Origin: a virus
DNA length: 60,451 nt
Strand: one strand, 5' to 3'
Virus record (IMG/VR): IMGVR_UViG_3300043449_000416
Span: 1 to 60,451 of that record
The notes beneath the pieces were generated by a model. It was given only the letters and a program-made list of their open reading frames with translations. It had not been told where the DNA came from and ran no database searches. The translations under genes and the position numbers were made by a program. Shown here piece by piece: positions 18,798 through 28,459 of this stretch; within the stretch, counting starts at the first letter, position 1; each line of letters starts with the position of its first letter.

Positions 18798-19397
18798 TTA
18801 CACGCCAACCGCAGCGGTCAGCTGCGTGTAGTTAAGTTTTACGACCAGCAGCGGGTACGTGGTACCAGCTTCGCCACCACGAGGGCCACCGACGTAGTCG
18901 ATGATTCGCAGAGGGAGGTTGGCGTCGGTGCTGAGAGTGGTCGCGTCGAGTGCAACGCGCGAGGCCTTGAACGTGGTGTTCACAGCGCCTTGGACAATAG
19001 CGGCGTTCTTGCCGTAGATGTCCAGCGAGTTGGTGATGGCCGCAGATGCCTGCACGACGTACAGCGCCTGCGGGTCGTCAACTACGAATGCCAGAGCATC
19101 CGAAGCGACAGTGCCGGTCGGCCACATGTTCGAGAACGTGATTTGGCCGGTCGACGGGTCAGTATACGAGCAGCCGACAAACACACCGAGCATAGCAATA
19201 TCGGTCGACGTGTCGCCCGTACCGGTCTGCTTGGTGATCGTTGTCGAAGTGCCGTTGTCAACGAGGTTGACGATATCTCCGGCGGCAATGTTGACAGCAA
19301 GGCCCGAAGCGATGGGATACTGGCGGAAAACCTCCAGCGAACCATTGTCGAGACGGCCAGTCACACGCAGACCGAAGGGAGCGTTAAGGGAACCCAT
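18798..19397 (-). CDS. Hypothetical capsid-associated protein (199 aa)
   Basis: ORF between scaffold and capsid genes. Confidence 0.4.
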   Translation of the reverse strand: MGSLNAPFGLRVTGRLDNGSLEVFRQYPIASGLAVNIAAGDIVNLVDNGTSTTITKQTGTGDTSTDIAMLGVFVGCSYTDPSTGQITFSNMWPTGTVASDALAFVVDDPQALYVVQASAAITNSLDIYGKNAAIVQGAVNTTFKASRVALDATTLSTDANLPLRIIDYVGGPRGGEAGTTYPLLVVKLNYTQLTAAVGV

Positions 19398-19435
19398 GGG
19401 TTCTCTCCTTCATCTACAGTTTCAGTTCACGGCAA

Positions 19436-19882
19436 TCACTTGCCGAACGAGGTCTTGGTTGAACGCTCGGGCCGAAGCACCGGCATTCGCGGGTCGTTTT
19501 CACGCATAAAGTTCCGGTCGACAGCGTCGATCTGATTCTGCGCGATCTCGAGTTGGCCCTCTACACGTGCCTGTACGTCCTCAGCGGGCGCAGCACAGAG
19601 TAGGAGACCTCCGACTTCGACATTGCCTTTAAAGCGGGAGTCGACATCGGACATAATTTGCAGCTCGGGATAGTCAGCGGCCATCACTGGCGCATAACCT
19701 TCTCGGAACCGTGCGGAGACATTCGTCATGTCTGCGTTACCCAGTGTAGAGGTGCGAATCCATCGGAACTTCAAGCCGTCCCGAGGCTCGGGGGTAGGCA
19801 GCATGGATTGCCGCTTCCACGTTTTTTTGCGAGGACTCGTGTTTTCACGAGTTTCGAGAGTACGTGGGGTCCGGTCAGCCAT
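19436..19882 (-). CDS. Hypothetical protein (148 aa)
   Basis: ORF in the head-morphogenesis block. Confidence 0.4.
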   Translation of the reverse strand: MADRTPRTLETRENTSPRKKTWKRQSMLPTPEPRDGLKFRWIRTSTLGNADMTNVSARFREGYAPVMAADYPELQIMSDVDSRFKGNVEVGGLLLCAAPAEDVQARVEGQLEIAQNQIDAVDRNFMRENDPRMPVLRPERSTKTSFGK

Positions 19883-20795
19883 TTTGCATATCCTTTAGCT
19901 TCTGCGCCGCGAATATTTTAAGCGGTACCCCAAGACGCTTGGCGAGAGCGGCCTCAGAGGAGGTTAGCACAACCTTGCGCGGTGCTTTCGTGCTGCGAGC
20001 AGCCGGGGCGACCACGGTACCAGCCTGACGTCGGGGTGCTTTTTCCTCAATGAGCCCGTCGTCAAACCTGTCTGGAAACGTGCGGCGAACCGCGTCGTCT
20101 ATCTTAGAATAATACAAATCGCTCTGCGGATCAATTCCCTGTGCTACGAGGTCCTCATGGACGCCCATAGCGAAGCCGGTCATCGATTTGTCCTTCATGA
20201 ACCAAGAGTTCTTATCGGCCCATTGCATCGCCCGATCATCAGGCTTTGCCACTTTAGGAGCGGCCTGCTGTTGGGTCTGCGGCACAGGAGCGGTGGCCTG
20301 CGCGGCGCGCGGTCTGTAGTTCTGCACTCGGTCGGCCTCGACCTGCAGCTTGAGCAGTTTCTCTTGCGCAGCGAGAACAGCGTCAGCGTCGCCGCTCTCG
20401 TAAGCCGACTTATACGCGGTCCGCGCGGATGAGAGTTCGCTCTCAAGGCGGGCCTTGGTCTGTCCGACAAAAGCAGTCTCGCCATCAGCGTAAGCCTTAC
20501 GAAGCTCCTCGTTCTCCCTACGAATCTTTTCGGCGTAGGAGATGGCCTCCTCACGGAGACGGACAGCTTCTTCCTTGGCGCGACGCTCAGCGTGCTGATC
20601 GAACTTGAGCTTGTTGATGCGTTTTTTGACGCTATCAGAGTAACCCTCTAGGTCGTCATCATCGGCACCTTTGGTCTCAACCTCAGAAGCTTTCGGTTTG
20701 CCTCGGTCTTGCTCAGGGGTATCATCCTGAACCTCAATTTCGAGCTCGTCATCGTTCTCGATGTCAACTTCGATGTCATCATTCTTGTCGCTCAT
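19875..20795 (-). CDS. Putative scaffolding protein
   Basis: 306 aa; highly acidic N-terminus (DDIEVDIENDDELEIEVQDD), predicted helical charged core; lies between portal and capsid. Confidence 0.5.
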   Translation of the reverse strand: MSDKNDDIEVDIENDDELEIEVQDDTPEQDRGKPKASEVETKGADDDDLEGYSDSVKKRINKLKFDQHAERRAKEEAVRLREEAISYAEKIRRENEELRKAYADGETAFVGQTKARLESELSSARTAYKSAYESGDADAVLAAQEKLLKLQVEADRVQNYRPRAAQATAPVPQTQQQAAPKVAKPDDRAMQWADKNSWFMKDKSMTGFAMGVHEDLVAQGIDPQSDLYYSKIDDAVRRTFPDRFDDGLIEEKAPRRQAGTVVAPAARSTKAPRKVVLTSSEAALAKRLGVPLKIFAAQKLKDMQNG

Positions 20796-21160
20796 GCTCG
20801 GCTGTACCCCCGTGGGTCTTCGACAACCGCCTCAACGGTGTCATCATTAATGAGACGGAACTCTTTGCCCAGAACTTTGAATCTGGTTCCTGAGTAGGAG
20901 CGGAAGATGACGAAGTCGCCCTCTTTGCACCAAGGTCCGTTTGGGAATTTGTTGAGATCGGCGTATGCGTCAGGTCCCACCTTGACCACAAATCCAACGA
21001 TGGACGCCGTTTCCTCAGCTTTTTTAAGCTGGTCCGGCATGTAGATTCCGCCTTCGGTTTTCTCGCTGACCTCTGGGACGGCGATCAGTAGCCTATAGCC
21101 CGATGGTTCCGGCAGCTTAGCCTTTAGCTGCTCGTCTTCGACTTTATTAGCCGTATACAT
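20792..21160 (-). CDS. GroES/Cpn10-like co-chaperonin
   Basis: Pattern GYRLLIAVPEVSEKTEGGIYMPDQ...IVGFVVKVGP...GDFVIFRSYSG...FRLINDDTVEAVV follows the GroES beta-barrel signature (ektxGGI, VxAVGxG, GDxVxF). Confidence 0.55.
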   Translation of the reverse strand: MYTANKVEDEQLKAKLPEPSGYRLLIAVPEVSEKTEGGIYMPDQLKKAEETASIVGFVVKVGPDAYADLNKFPNGPWCKEGDFVIFRSYSGTRFKVLGKEFRLINDDTVEAVVEDPRGYSRA

Positions 21161-21239
21161 AGTGCCTCCTGCAGTGATTAAGGCTCACAGCGCCTTGCGC
21201 GGGACATCCGCGTAACTCAAAGAAATATAGCGGATAGTA

Positions 21240-21431
21240 TCAGTCCGCAATAAATCTTTTCTCTAGGTCCTTTACGTCATCGTACATGCGCTGGAGCGCC
21301 GTATATTCCCCGACGCTCCGGCAATAATCCTCATAGCTCTTGGCACCGCCCGTTGCGAGGTGGTGCTCAATGGCTGACTTCTGCTCGTTCAGACCGCGAA
21401 TCATAAAGGCAAAGATGGTATCTTCCATCAC
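21240..21431 (-). CDS. Hypothetical small protein (63 aa)
   Basis: ORF with 4-nt overlap to the portal stop. Confidence 0.35.
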   Translation of the reverse strand: MMEDTIFAFMIRGLNEQKSAIEHHLATGGAKSYEDYCRSVGEYTALQRMYDDVKDLEKRFIAD

Positions 21432-23917
21432 TGGCCCCCAGCGTTAGGCGATTTGCGCGCTTGGAGCAGCCGTGCCGCCTCGATGGCGAGGCGCGTGCCA
21501 TCCATCTGAGCTTTGACATTCTCTTTCGCAGCGTCAGTGGCAAGCTTTGCCATGGTGTTTGCCGCGGATCGGTCGTTCTCGCTCTCGACACGCTCCTGCT
21601 GGATGTAGAGGTTTCCAGCGCTGGTGGCGGCGCTGACCTGCAGTTTCTTGTTGTCGAAGTCGATCTTGTGCTGCAGTTCTTTCTCTTTGATGTCCAACTC
21701 GCGCATCTGGATGATAGTGAGCGGGTCCTGTGCCTGCTGCTCTGCCGTAGCGGCCTGCTGCTCTGCCTGATTCTTGTTGAACAGCTTGGCTGCGGCCTGA
21801 GCAACCATACGGGACAGCTGCACCTCGACTTCCTCGGGCAGCGGCTCGCCCTCGGGCGGCAGCGGAACACCGAGGTTCATCTCGATCTCTTTGCGATACT
21901 GATAGGCAACGTGCTCGGTAATATGCGCCATGGCAGCCCCTTGAATAGCCTGCGCGAAGGGCGACTGGCCGACCATCTGAGCAATCTTCGGGTCCTGCAT
22001 CGCGGCCATGTGGGCAGCAATATGTGCTTCGTGGTCTTGGTAGAGGAACGCTTTGACAGGGGACTGCTGCAACAGCGCCATATTCTCGGCCACTGGGTCC
22101 ATGGGCTTCATATCTGCCGGAGACTTAATGATGTCCTTAGCGTCTTGGATGCCCAGCACCTCGAGCATCTGTGAGTGCAGCTTGCCCATATCGTACAGCT
22201 GCGGAGCCTGCTGTGATAACTGCAGCGCGGCCTGATACTGCATGATCCGCTGCGCCATGGTGGCGGCGTTAGGATCAGATACCGGGATTATATCCACGCG
22301 CCCATCAAAGTCCTCGATGCGGTTGAAGTCACCGTCCATCTCGTAGGCATACTGCTCTGGCATGTAGTCATGCACGATCCGCGCGAGGATGCGTAGTTCC
22401 TGCTTCATAGCTGCGTGCAGGCGGGCTTGAACACCCGACATAACCTTCAAACTGCGCTCGAGCAGGGCGAGCGTGGTACCCACCGGTGCGTTTGCACTCA
22501 TGTCACCCACTTGGATGTCAGCCACGGAGCCGATGCGACGGCCTTCCTCAACCACGTTACCCAGCAGGGTATACAGGACGCTCGATGGCTCTTTGTACGG
22601 CATCGGGAACAGGCTCTCGCGGAGCGTACCTCCCGTCACGTCAGCGTCTCTCCACTCACCGGGCATCAGCGGGGTGTTGTCACCCTTGATGCGCAGGCTC
22701 CGGGCCTTGAGGCCCGCTGGGAGGTTAGACAGGGTGCCCGCATCGATGAGCTGCCGCAGGATTGACGTCGCAGACTTAGCCAGACCGCCGATCAGATGAA
22801 TTAGTCCCGTACCGTAGAACCCCATACCCGGCAGGTAGGGGTAGTGGGTGAAGTGCATCAGCTTGCGCTTCTTCGCGTCATCTTCCTTCCAGTTACGGCG
22901 GATAGCGAGAACAGTCCGAGAGGTCTTGTCGATTGTGATGACGTAAGGCCGTGCCACGCCATCCTCATCCTCGAACGGCTCCGGCAGGTCGATGTCCACG
23001 TGCATTTCCAAGAGTGTACGGCGCGGATCATCCTCGAATGTCTGCTCCTCCCCCGCCAGCTCGGCGTATTTCTCCTCGATGTCGGTGAGGTCTTTCTCCG
23101 CATCAGGCAGCTCGACATCGCGGTAGAAGCCAACAACCTGCAGCTCACGGACCTCATTGTCGGTCTTCTTCATCACATGTGTGAACCGTGGGCAGACGCG
23201 CAGGTTAGACGCGCCGTAGGAGACCACGAGGTCCTCAGCAGGAACAAAAATGGATGAGGGGAGCTCTGTGATGGGATCGTAGTATGTCTTCTTGAACGCT
23301 GACCCGGCCAGCGGGAGGCGGAACAGCATCAGCTCCATCTCGTCGCGGTAGTCCGGCATCTCCTCAGTGATGAGGTAGTTCATCTCATTCTGGACGCGGT
23401 TAGCTTGGTCAGCCTTCTCGGGGGTAAGTTTACCCATGATCTTTGTCCGTACCGGCCCCGAGGCGGGCATCAGCTCGCTCATTGCCTGCGCTTGGAACCG
23501 CACCACGGCCTCGGTCAGCATCGGGTGATAGACACCGGAGGCACCGGCCCAAGGCTGCGTGCGGTCCTCGATCTTCATCCCCAGCAAGTCCAAGCCGGTA
23601 ATATAGGCCGACGCCCAGTCCTTGCGGCTCTCACGATCAGAGAGAAAAGATCCAACCAGCTCACTGGCGATACTCTCAAGCTCCCCATCGTCAATGATTT
23701 CGGCGAGGTTGGTGTCGTGGGCGGTCATGTCCGCGCCCGTATCGTCCTCACCATCGCCGAAGTCGACTAGGACCTCACCGGTATCCGCATCGATTTGGAT
23801 TGATGGGTCTTCTTCCGTCGCGATGGATACTTCAATCTCGGTATCGTCCTGCGGCCCGAACTCGAACGGCGTCATCGGCTTCTCGATTGCCATGGCATAT
23901 CCCCTGTAGGTCTCCAC
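21428..23917 (-). CDS. Putative portal protein
   Basis: 829-aa ORF immediately downstream of the terminase gene; size and position are typical of portals. Confidence 0.55.
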   Translation of the reverse strand: METYRGYAMAIEKPMTPFEFGPQDDTEIEVSIATEEDPSIQIDADTGEVLVDFGDGEDDTGADMTAHDTNLAEIIDDGELESIASELVGSFLSDRESRKDWASAYITGLDLLGMKIEDRTQPWAGASGVYHPMLTEAVVRFQAQAMSELMPASGPVRTKIMGKLTPEKADQANRVQNEMNYLITEEMPDYRDEMELMLFRLPLAGSAFKKTYYDPITELPSSIFVPAEDLVVSYGASNLRVCPRFTHVMKKTDNEVRELQVVGFYRDVELPDAEKDLTDIEEKYAELAGEEQTFEDDPRRTLLEMHVDIDLPEPFEDEDGVARPYVITIDKTSRTVLAIRRNWKEDDAKKRKLMHFTHYPYLPGMGFYGTGLIHLIGGLAKSATSILRQLIDAGTLSNLPAGLKARSLRIKGDNTPLMPGEWRDADVTGGTLRESLFPMPYKEPSSVLYTLLGNVVEEGRRIGSVADIQVGDMSANAPVGTTLALLERSLKVMSGVQARLHAAMKQELRILARIVHDYMPEQYAYEMDGDFNRIEDFDGRVDIIPVSDPNAATMAQRIMQYQAALQLSQQAPQLYDMGKLHSQMLEVLGIQDAKDIIKSPADMKPMDPVAENMALLQQSPVKAFLYQDHEAHIAAHMAAMQDPKIAQMVGQSPFAQAIQGAAMAHITEHVAYQYRKEIEMNLGVPLPPEGEPLPEEVEVQLSRMVAQAAAKLFNKNQAEQQAATAEQQAQDPLTIIQMRELDIKEKELQHKIDFDNKKLQVSAATSAGNLYIQQERVESENDRSAANTMAKLATDAAKENVKAQMDGTRLAIEAARLLQARKSPNAGGQ

Positions 23918-24201
23918 GAGACCTTAGCACGAGGTGTTAAAGCTCGCAATGTAGTTGCGAGGGGCGCTAGATTTCTATTGATGAGCCGTAGCGCAGTCTA
24001 ATCAATTTCGACCAAAGATACCGTTCCGCTTTTTTGATGCAGTTGTGTATATGCGCCCCCGCAGTCCTTCGTACCGCTATGCTACGATGAATACAATACT
24101 CTTCAATAAAAAAACCCGGCGGGAGAGGACCGCCGGGCTAGTTCCAAGGAGCCAACGCATAAGGAGGAGAAAACGTTGACGCGAATAGTGTAGCACGGGC
24201 T

Positions 24202-26688
24202 CTAGTAGTAATCAACTTTTCTTCTGTATGGCAGCTCTTCATCCAGCTCATCTGTCGGCAGGCGGATGAACCCCCCTTGGCGGAACCGCATCAGGGCCAT
24301 TATTGTCGTGTCGCAGTTGTGGACCAGCACACCGTTAGCGTAGTAGCAGTGAGTGTCAGCTACCGTCAGGTTGTATACTGGCTTTTTCTCTTCTCCTACG
24401 TTTATACTGTCTACTTGCGCACGTGTTGCCGCAAAGTTCGGCCCGGCCAGAAGACGATAGAAACTGCGTACTGCACTCCTTACAGGTACGGATAACCGGG
24501 TTTTCAGCCTGCTCTTTGAGCTTTTTCTCTCTAGCCTCACGGGCGGCCCCACCAAGTTTAAGGTACTTAGCTGTGCGATCTCTGTGCCAAGCTCTACCTT
24601 CCTCTGAACGGTGCCACTCGCTCGCCTTGCCACGAACCCTGTTAAGCAGGGCAAGTTGCTCGGGGCTTCTCGCTCTAATGCTGCGCTCTTCGGAGTGGCG
24701 TCTGCAGTGCTCTTCGCGAGATACGCACTCAAGGTTAGTGACGCCGTTGTTATCCCAATTTCCGTCCTTGTGGTGAACCTCCCAGCCGTCTGGAATAGGC
24801 CCATTGTGGAACTCCCACACAGCGCGGTGCAAGTTGAACCCTCCGGCTCGCTGAAAATACTTCCGAAGAGACGCTCTCGGAGAGTTCGGATAGCGGTTGT
24901 AAGTGTAGCCGTTGAACACAACAGACTCCGTGTGAACTTCTGGTTTAGTCGGCCACGGCATTTGCGCCCCCATTGCTTGGTCACCTTTACTGTATCAGTC
25001 ACAGTAATAGTGTCAAGACGCTTCCACCCGCACGTTGTGGCGATTGGGTGGTTCCCGGTGCCTTCCAGAGTGTGGCCTCCAGCGCGCAGAATAAATGTAT
25101 TTCGCACCCCTGTGCAACCTGCGGCCTGTACCACTTTCGCCCCCGCTGGCGTTTTAACGACGTCCCCGATCTTTATTGTTTCAATAGGTTGCTCTATTCC
25201 ATCAGCCATCAGAACTTGCGTTCCGGCTACAAAACAGTGGTCGTCGTTTTCAGCGAACGGGAATCCTGCAACTTCCTCGACCAGCTCCTCTGCCCACCGT
25301 TTAGGCGGCACCCAGACCAGCCCCGAGGAGATGATATCAGACACAGAGTTCAGACGCGCCATCTTGCTATTCGGGTTGTTTACCGAGCCCCTGACAGGGG
25401 TGTACTCCTGCACCATGAGCCCCGAGCGGCGCATCTCCTGATACAACGGCGTCCCCGAACTCTTTTTCTCGACGATGAACACGTCGGGTTCCCACTGCTG
25501 ATACTCCTCCAGAGCCAACGCTTTGAGCTCTGGAAACTCCATGCGCCGCTTGATGGCATTGAGCAGGATGATCTGGTGCATGTTCTCCTCGTCATTGAAG
25601 AACACTCCCCACGTTGTCAGAGACGTGAAGTCAGCCCGGTTGTGGGCTTCTGCAGCGGCGTCGAGAGACATGATGATATACTCTACAGCCGGTGGGTCGT
25701 CGTCTGGCCACAGCCGCCACCAATCTCTCTTGATTATGGCAGCTTCTTCGCCCGTCGGATTCTGCTGATACTGCGCGTTCCACTGGAACACCGGCATGGA
25801 GGCCTTGGTCCGCAGCAGTGCTTGTAGATCAAAAAACTCAGGCCAGAGGGCTCTTTGAATTATATTTTCTTCACCAGTGACGTTGTCTTTCTGGACTACG
25901 TCTAAAATAGCCGGAAACTCCACCACCTCATATTGGTCGGAGTTCTCGTTGTTGGCCATATCTTGAATAAGGCGTCCTGTTAGATCTTTTTTATGCCATC
26001 TTGTATGGACCACGGCCACGCGCCCCCCGGGCATCAGACGCGTCCGGGCCCCGAAGGCGAACCATTCGTAAGCTTTGTCGAATGCCGTGAAGTTTCCGTT
26101 CAAGATATCCTGCTCGGAGTGCGGGTCGTCGACGAGCAGCAGGTCAGCGCCGCGGCCCGCGAGGGCCGATCCCACGCCCGTGGCGTAAAACTCGCATCCT
26201 GTGGTCGTGTTCCAGCGCCCAGCCGACTTGCTGTCAGAGGACAGCGCGAGGTTCGGGAAGACCTGCTGGTAGGGCTCAGAGTCGATGATATTCCGCACCT
26301 TCCGACCGAAATCGACGGCTAGGTCCGTCGTATGCGAGACCAACATGACCTTTTTCCCGGGGTTTCGACCGATGAACCATGCAGGATAGTAGGTTGAGAC
26401 GAGCTGAGACTTGCCGTGGCGGGGTGGGATGTTGACGCAGACCCTGTCTTTGTCCCCCCGCTCGATGTCCATGAGCTCATCCGCTAGAATTCTATGGTGT
26501 CGGCCCACCTTATAGGTACGGTCCATATACTTACAGAAGGCAATCAGGTCATCCTTGGCACCCTGCAGCGTGGCGCGCTTGTCCAACTCCTCGAGCATTT
26601 TCTCGATCTCGAGCAGTTCCTGCTCGTCGAGCATATCCACGCTCTTGAGGAGCGTTTCGAGCTCTGCTCGATTGAAGTCGGAGCTCAT
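24202..26688 (-). CDS. terL: Terminase large subunit, interrupted by an intein
   Basis: Walker A (IPPRHGKSQ), Walker B (ADLLLVDDPH) and a C-terminal nuclease region; intein blocks CFVAGTQVLMADG... (A), TGNHP (B) and ...YYANGVLVHN/CDTTI (F/G). Confidence 0.85.
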   Translation of the reverse strand: MSSDFNRAELETLLKSVDMLDEQELLEIEKMLEELDKRATLQGAKDDLIAFCKYMDRTYKVGRHHRILADELMDIERGDKDRVCVNIPPRHGKSQLVSTYYPAWFIGRNPGKKVMLVSHTTDLAVDFGRKVRNIIDSEPYQQVFPNLALSSDSKSAGRWNTTTGCEFYATGVGSALAGRGADLLLVDDPHSEQDILNGNFTAFDKAYEWFAFGARTRLMPGGRVAVVHTRWHKKDLTGRLIQDMANNENSDQYEVVEFPAILDVVQKDNVTGEENIIQRALWPEFFDLQALLRTKASMPVFQWNAQYQQNPTGEEAAIIKRDWWRLWPDDDPPAVEYIIMSLDAAAEAHNRADFTSLTTWGVFFNDEENMHQIILLNAIKRRMEFPELKALALEEYQQWEPDVFIVEKKSSGTPLYQEMRRSGLMVQEYTPVRGSVNNPNSKMARLNSVSDIISSGLVWVPPKRWAEELVEEVAGFPFAENDDHCFVAGTQVLMADGIEQPIETIKIGDVVKTPAGAKVVQAAGCTGVRNTFILRAGGHTLEGTGNHPIATTCGWKRLDTITVTDTVKVTKQWGRKCRGRLNQKFTRSLLCSTATLTTAIRTLRERLFGSIFSEPEGSTCTALCGSSTMGLFQTAGRFTTRTEIGITTASLTLSAYLAKSTADATPKSAALEREAPSNLPCLTGFVARRASGTVQRKVELGTEIAQLSTLNLVGPPVRLERKSSKSRLKTRLSVPVRSAVRSFYRLLAGPNFAATRAQVDSINVGEEKKPVYNLTVADTHCYYANGVLVHNCDTTIMALMRFRQGGFIRLPTDELDEELPYRRKVDYY
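24316..25236 (-). other. Intein within terL (aa 485-791 of the precursor)
   Basis: N-terminal Cys after ...FAENDDH, C-terminal HN followed by +1 Cys; boundaries computed from the ORF. Confidence 0.75.
24356..24973 (-). CDS. HNH endonuclease ORF nested inside the terL intein, in a different reading frame
   Basis: HRAVWEFHNGPIPDGWEVHHKDGNWDNNGVTNLECVSREEHCRRH is an unambiguous HNH motif; the ORF exactly fills the gap between the intein N- and C-terminal splicing blocks and has a GGTGA-like RBS upstream of its ATG. Confidence 0.7.
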   Translation of the reverse strand: MGAQMPWPTKPEVHTESVVFNGYTYNRYPNSPRASLRKYFQRAGGFNLHRAVWEFHNGPIPDGWEVHHKDGNWDNNGVTNLECVSREEHCRRHSEERSIRARSPEQLALLNRVRGKASEWHRSEEGRAWHRDRTAKYLKLGGAAREAREKKLKEQAENPVIRTCKECSTQFLSSSGRAELCGNTCASRQYKRRRREKASIQPDGS

Positions 26689-27263
26689 CTTTCGCCCTCT
26701 TCGCCCTCTTCGTGGTCGTCGTAGGACACTTCCGCGTCCTCTACGCTATCTGGCGTCACATCGATCATCTTCTCCAGCTTTCTGCGCAGGCGTTCCCGCA
26801 GATCATCGCTCGTCTGGTGCATGATCGTGATCTCTTGCTTCTCAGTGAAGAGCCCGACGTCAGAGACCTTTCCTAAAAGTTCCAACGCCTTCACCCGGAT
26901 ACGTGCATCGGGGTTCTCCGTCTCCTGAATGAGCTTGTTGACCACCATATGACGCACCTGAGCCGCCTCTTCGACGATCTTGTGGCCGTAATCCTTGAGA
27001 ATCTTCTCTGTAAGAAGGAGGGCGGCGGGTGTTTTGCGGGTGATTGCCTTTACCGCAGAGCGGGTCTGCAGCGCAGATGGGTTTCTTGCCGCCTGTCTGG
27101 CCGTCGTCGCAGCGTCGTCGAGGTCTTCATCGCCGAATTCGATGTCTAATCCTGCAGCTTCGAGAAGCCGGGCCGTACTTGCAGCGGCGGATAAGGTGGA
27201 CATGAACCCGTCGGGGGTACCCTCGTCAGAGAGGGGCATATCTAAGTCAATTTTTAGTTCCAT
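26685..27263 (-). CDS. Putative terminase small subunit / DNA-packaging protein
   Basis: 192-aa ORF immediately upstream of terL with ATGA overlap; acidic termini; first gene of the minus-strand arm. Confidence 0.35.
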   Translation of the reverse strand: MELKIDLDMPLSDEGTPDGFMSTLSAAASTARLLEAAGLDIEFGDEDLDDAATTARQAARNPSALQTRSAVKAITRKTPAALLLTEKILKDYGHKIVEEAAQVRHMVVNKLIQETENPDARIRVKALELLGKVSDVGLFTEKQEITIMHQTSDDLRERLRRKLEKMIDVTPDSVEDAEVSYDDHEEGEEGER

Positions 27264-27719
27264 GGGTGCACCCTTTAGGGAGATTTTGCACAGTATAGGG
27301 TGGATTTTTAGTTTTTGGGAGTCCCTTTCCTACGAAGGGGGGCTCGCCTTTTGCAGAGTTGTGACTCAGCGGCGAAAATGAAGGGGGAGGGGGTATATTT
27401 TGTTATAATCTGACGCTATCTAGTGTATTTCGTTGTGTTTAGTTGTGTTTTGCTATGTTTTAGTGTATTGTACTGAAATAGCGCTGTATTTATGTGGAAT
27501 AGTATTACTATACAGCATACACGCCGCCGCCCGCCCAAGGGGGGTGCCCCCCGGTGGGGGTCGGGATATGCCAGAAAAGCGCGTTAGTCGCCGGACTAAT
27601 ACTAGTAAACTGTACTAGGCGCGCCCAAAAGCTACACTTAGCTATCAAATAATGCAATAAAGGTTTTGTCGAAGGGCAATAACGCCACGACATTCAATCT
27701 AATCGGAAAGAATCTAATC

Positions 27720-28334
27720 ATGTCGAAAACAATCGAACCTACCCTTAAAAACCTGATCGATTTCGGACGCAAGGCGGTCGACACCACGGACCGCGCTGAA
27801 ATCAGCCGCGCGGCCTTCATCGACAGTCTTGTTGCGGCGGGATACACCGCTTCAAATACCGCGTCTTATAAGGCGAGCGATCTGAAAGCGGGTGTCGTCA
27901 CGAACGCGAACGTGATGCACCGGGCGAACCTGCTTTACATCGCCGCCGCGTCTATCAAGATTAAGGGCAAGCGGCTTTCAGAGACCGATCTGGCCAAGTT
28001 TGCAGATGAAGCGGTATCGAACAAGGTTCTGCTATCTGGTACGGCCAAGGGCAACTTGTCCGGCACCGTGACATGGCTGGGCAATGCCACGTCGTGGTTG
28101 GGCAAGGTTCGCAAGGACCTTGAGGCGCGGGAAGCGCAAGGGCAAGACGTGGCCGGGACGCCGCGGACACCTTCGACTGACGCTGATATCATCCTTGGAT
28201 ATCTCCAGAAGGCGTACACTAAAACCTTTAAGGATGACGTGAACCTGAAATGCGACCTTGCCGATCTGCAAAAAGAATTGCGGCACGTGGCCAAGTCGCT
28301 GGGCGCGGACCTGAAAGCTCCGGTAAAAAAGTAA
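27720..28334 (+). CDS. Hypothetical early protein (204 aa)
   Basis: First ORF of the plus-strand arm; start taken at the first ATG (MSKTIEP...); followed by an intrinsic terminator. Confidence 0.45.
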   Translation: MSKTIEPTLKNLIDFGRKAVDTTDRAEISRAAFIDSLVAAGYTASNTASYKASDLKAGVVTNANVMHRANLLYIAAASIKIKGKRLSETDLAKFADEAVSNKVLLSGTAKGNLSGTVTWLGNATSWLGKVRKDLEAREAQGQDVAGTPRTPSTDADIILGYLQKAYTKTFKDDVNLKCDLADLQKELRHVAKSLGADLKAPVKK

Positions 28335-28341
28335 GACCATC

Positions 28342-28370
28342 GGGCGATGCGAAAGCATCGCCCTTTTTTT
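28342..28370 (+). terminator. Rho-independent terminator
   Basis: GGGCGATGC-GAAA-GCATCGCCC stem-loop followed by TTTTTTT, directly after the stop at 28334. Confidence 0.65.
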
Positions 28371-28441
28371 GTGTCCAAAATCCTGCGCCACCAAACGCGC
28401 GGGGCCCCCGAGACCAGTTCTCAAGGCCGCATCGAGCAGCT

Positions 28442-28459
28442 GTTAGGGGTCGGACTAAC
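28442..28459. repeat. GTTAG-N-CTAAC hairpin family member
   Basis: gttaggggtcggactaac; preceded by the gcatcgagcagc motif shared with the copy at 28665. Confidence 0.5.
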
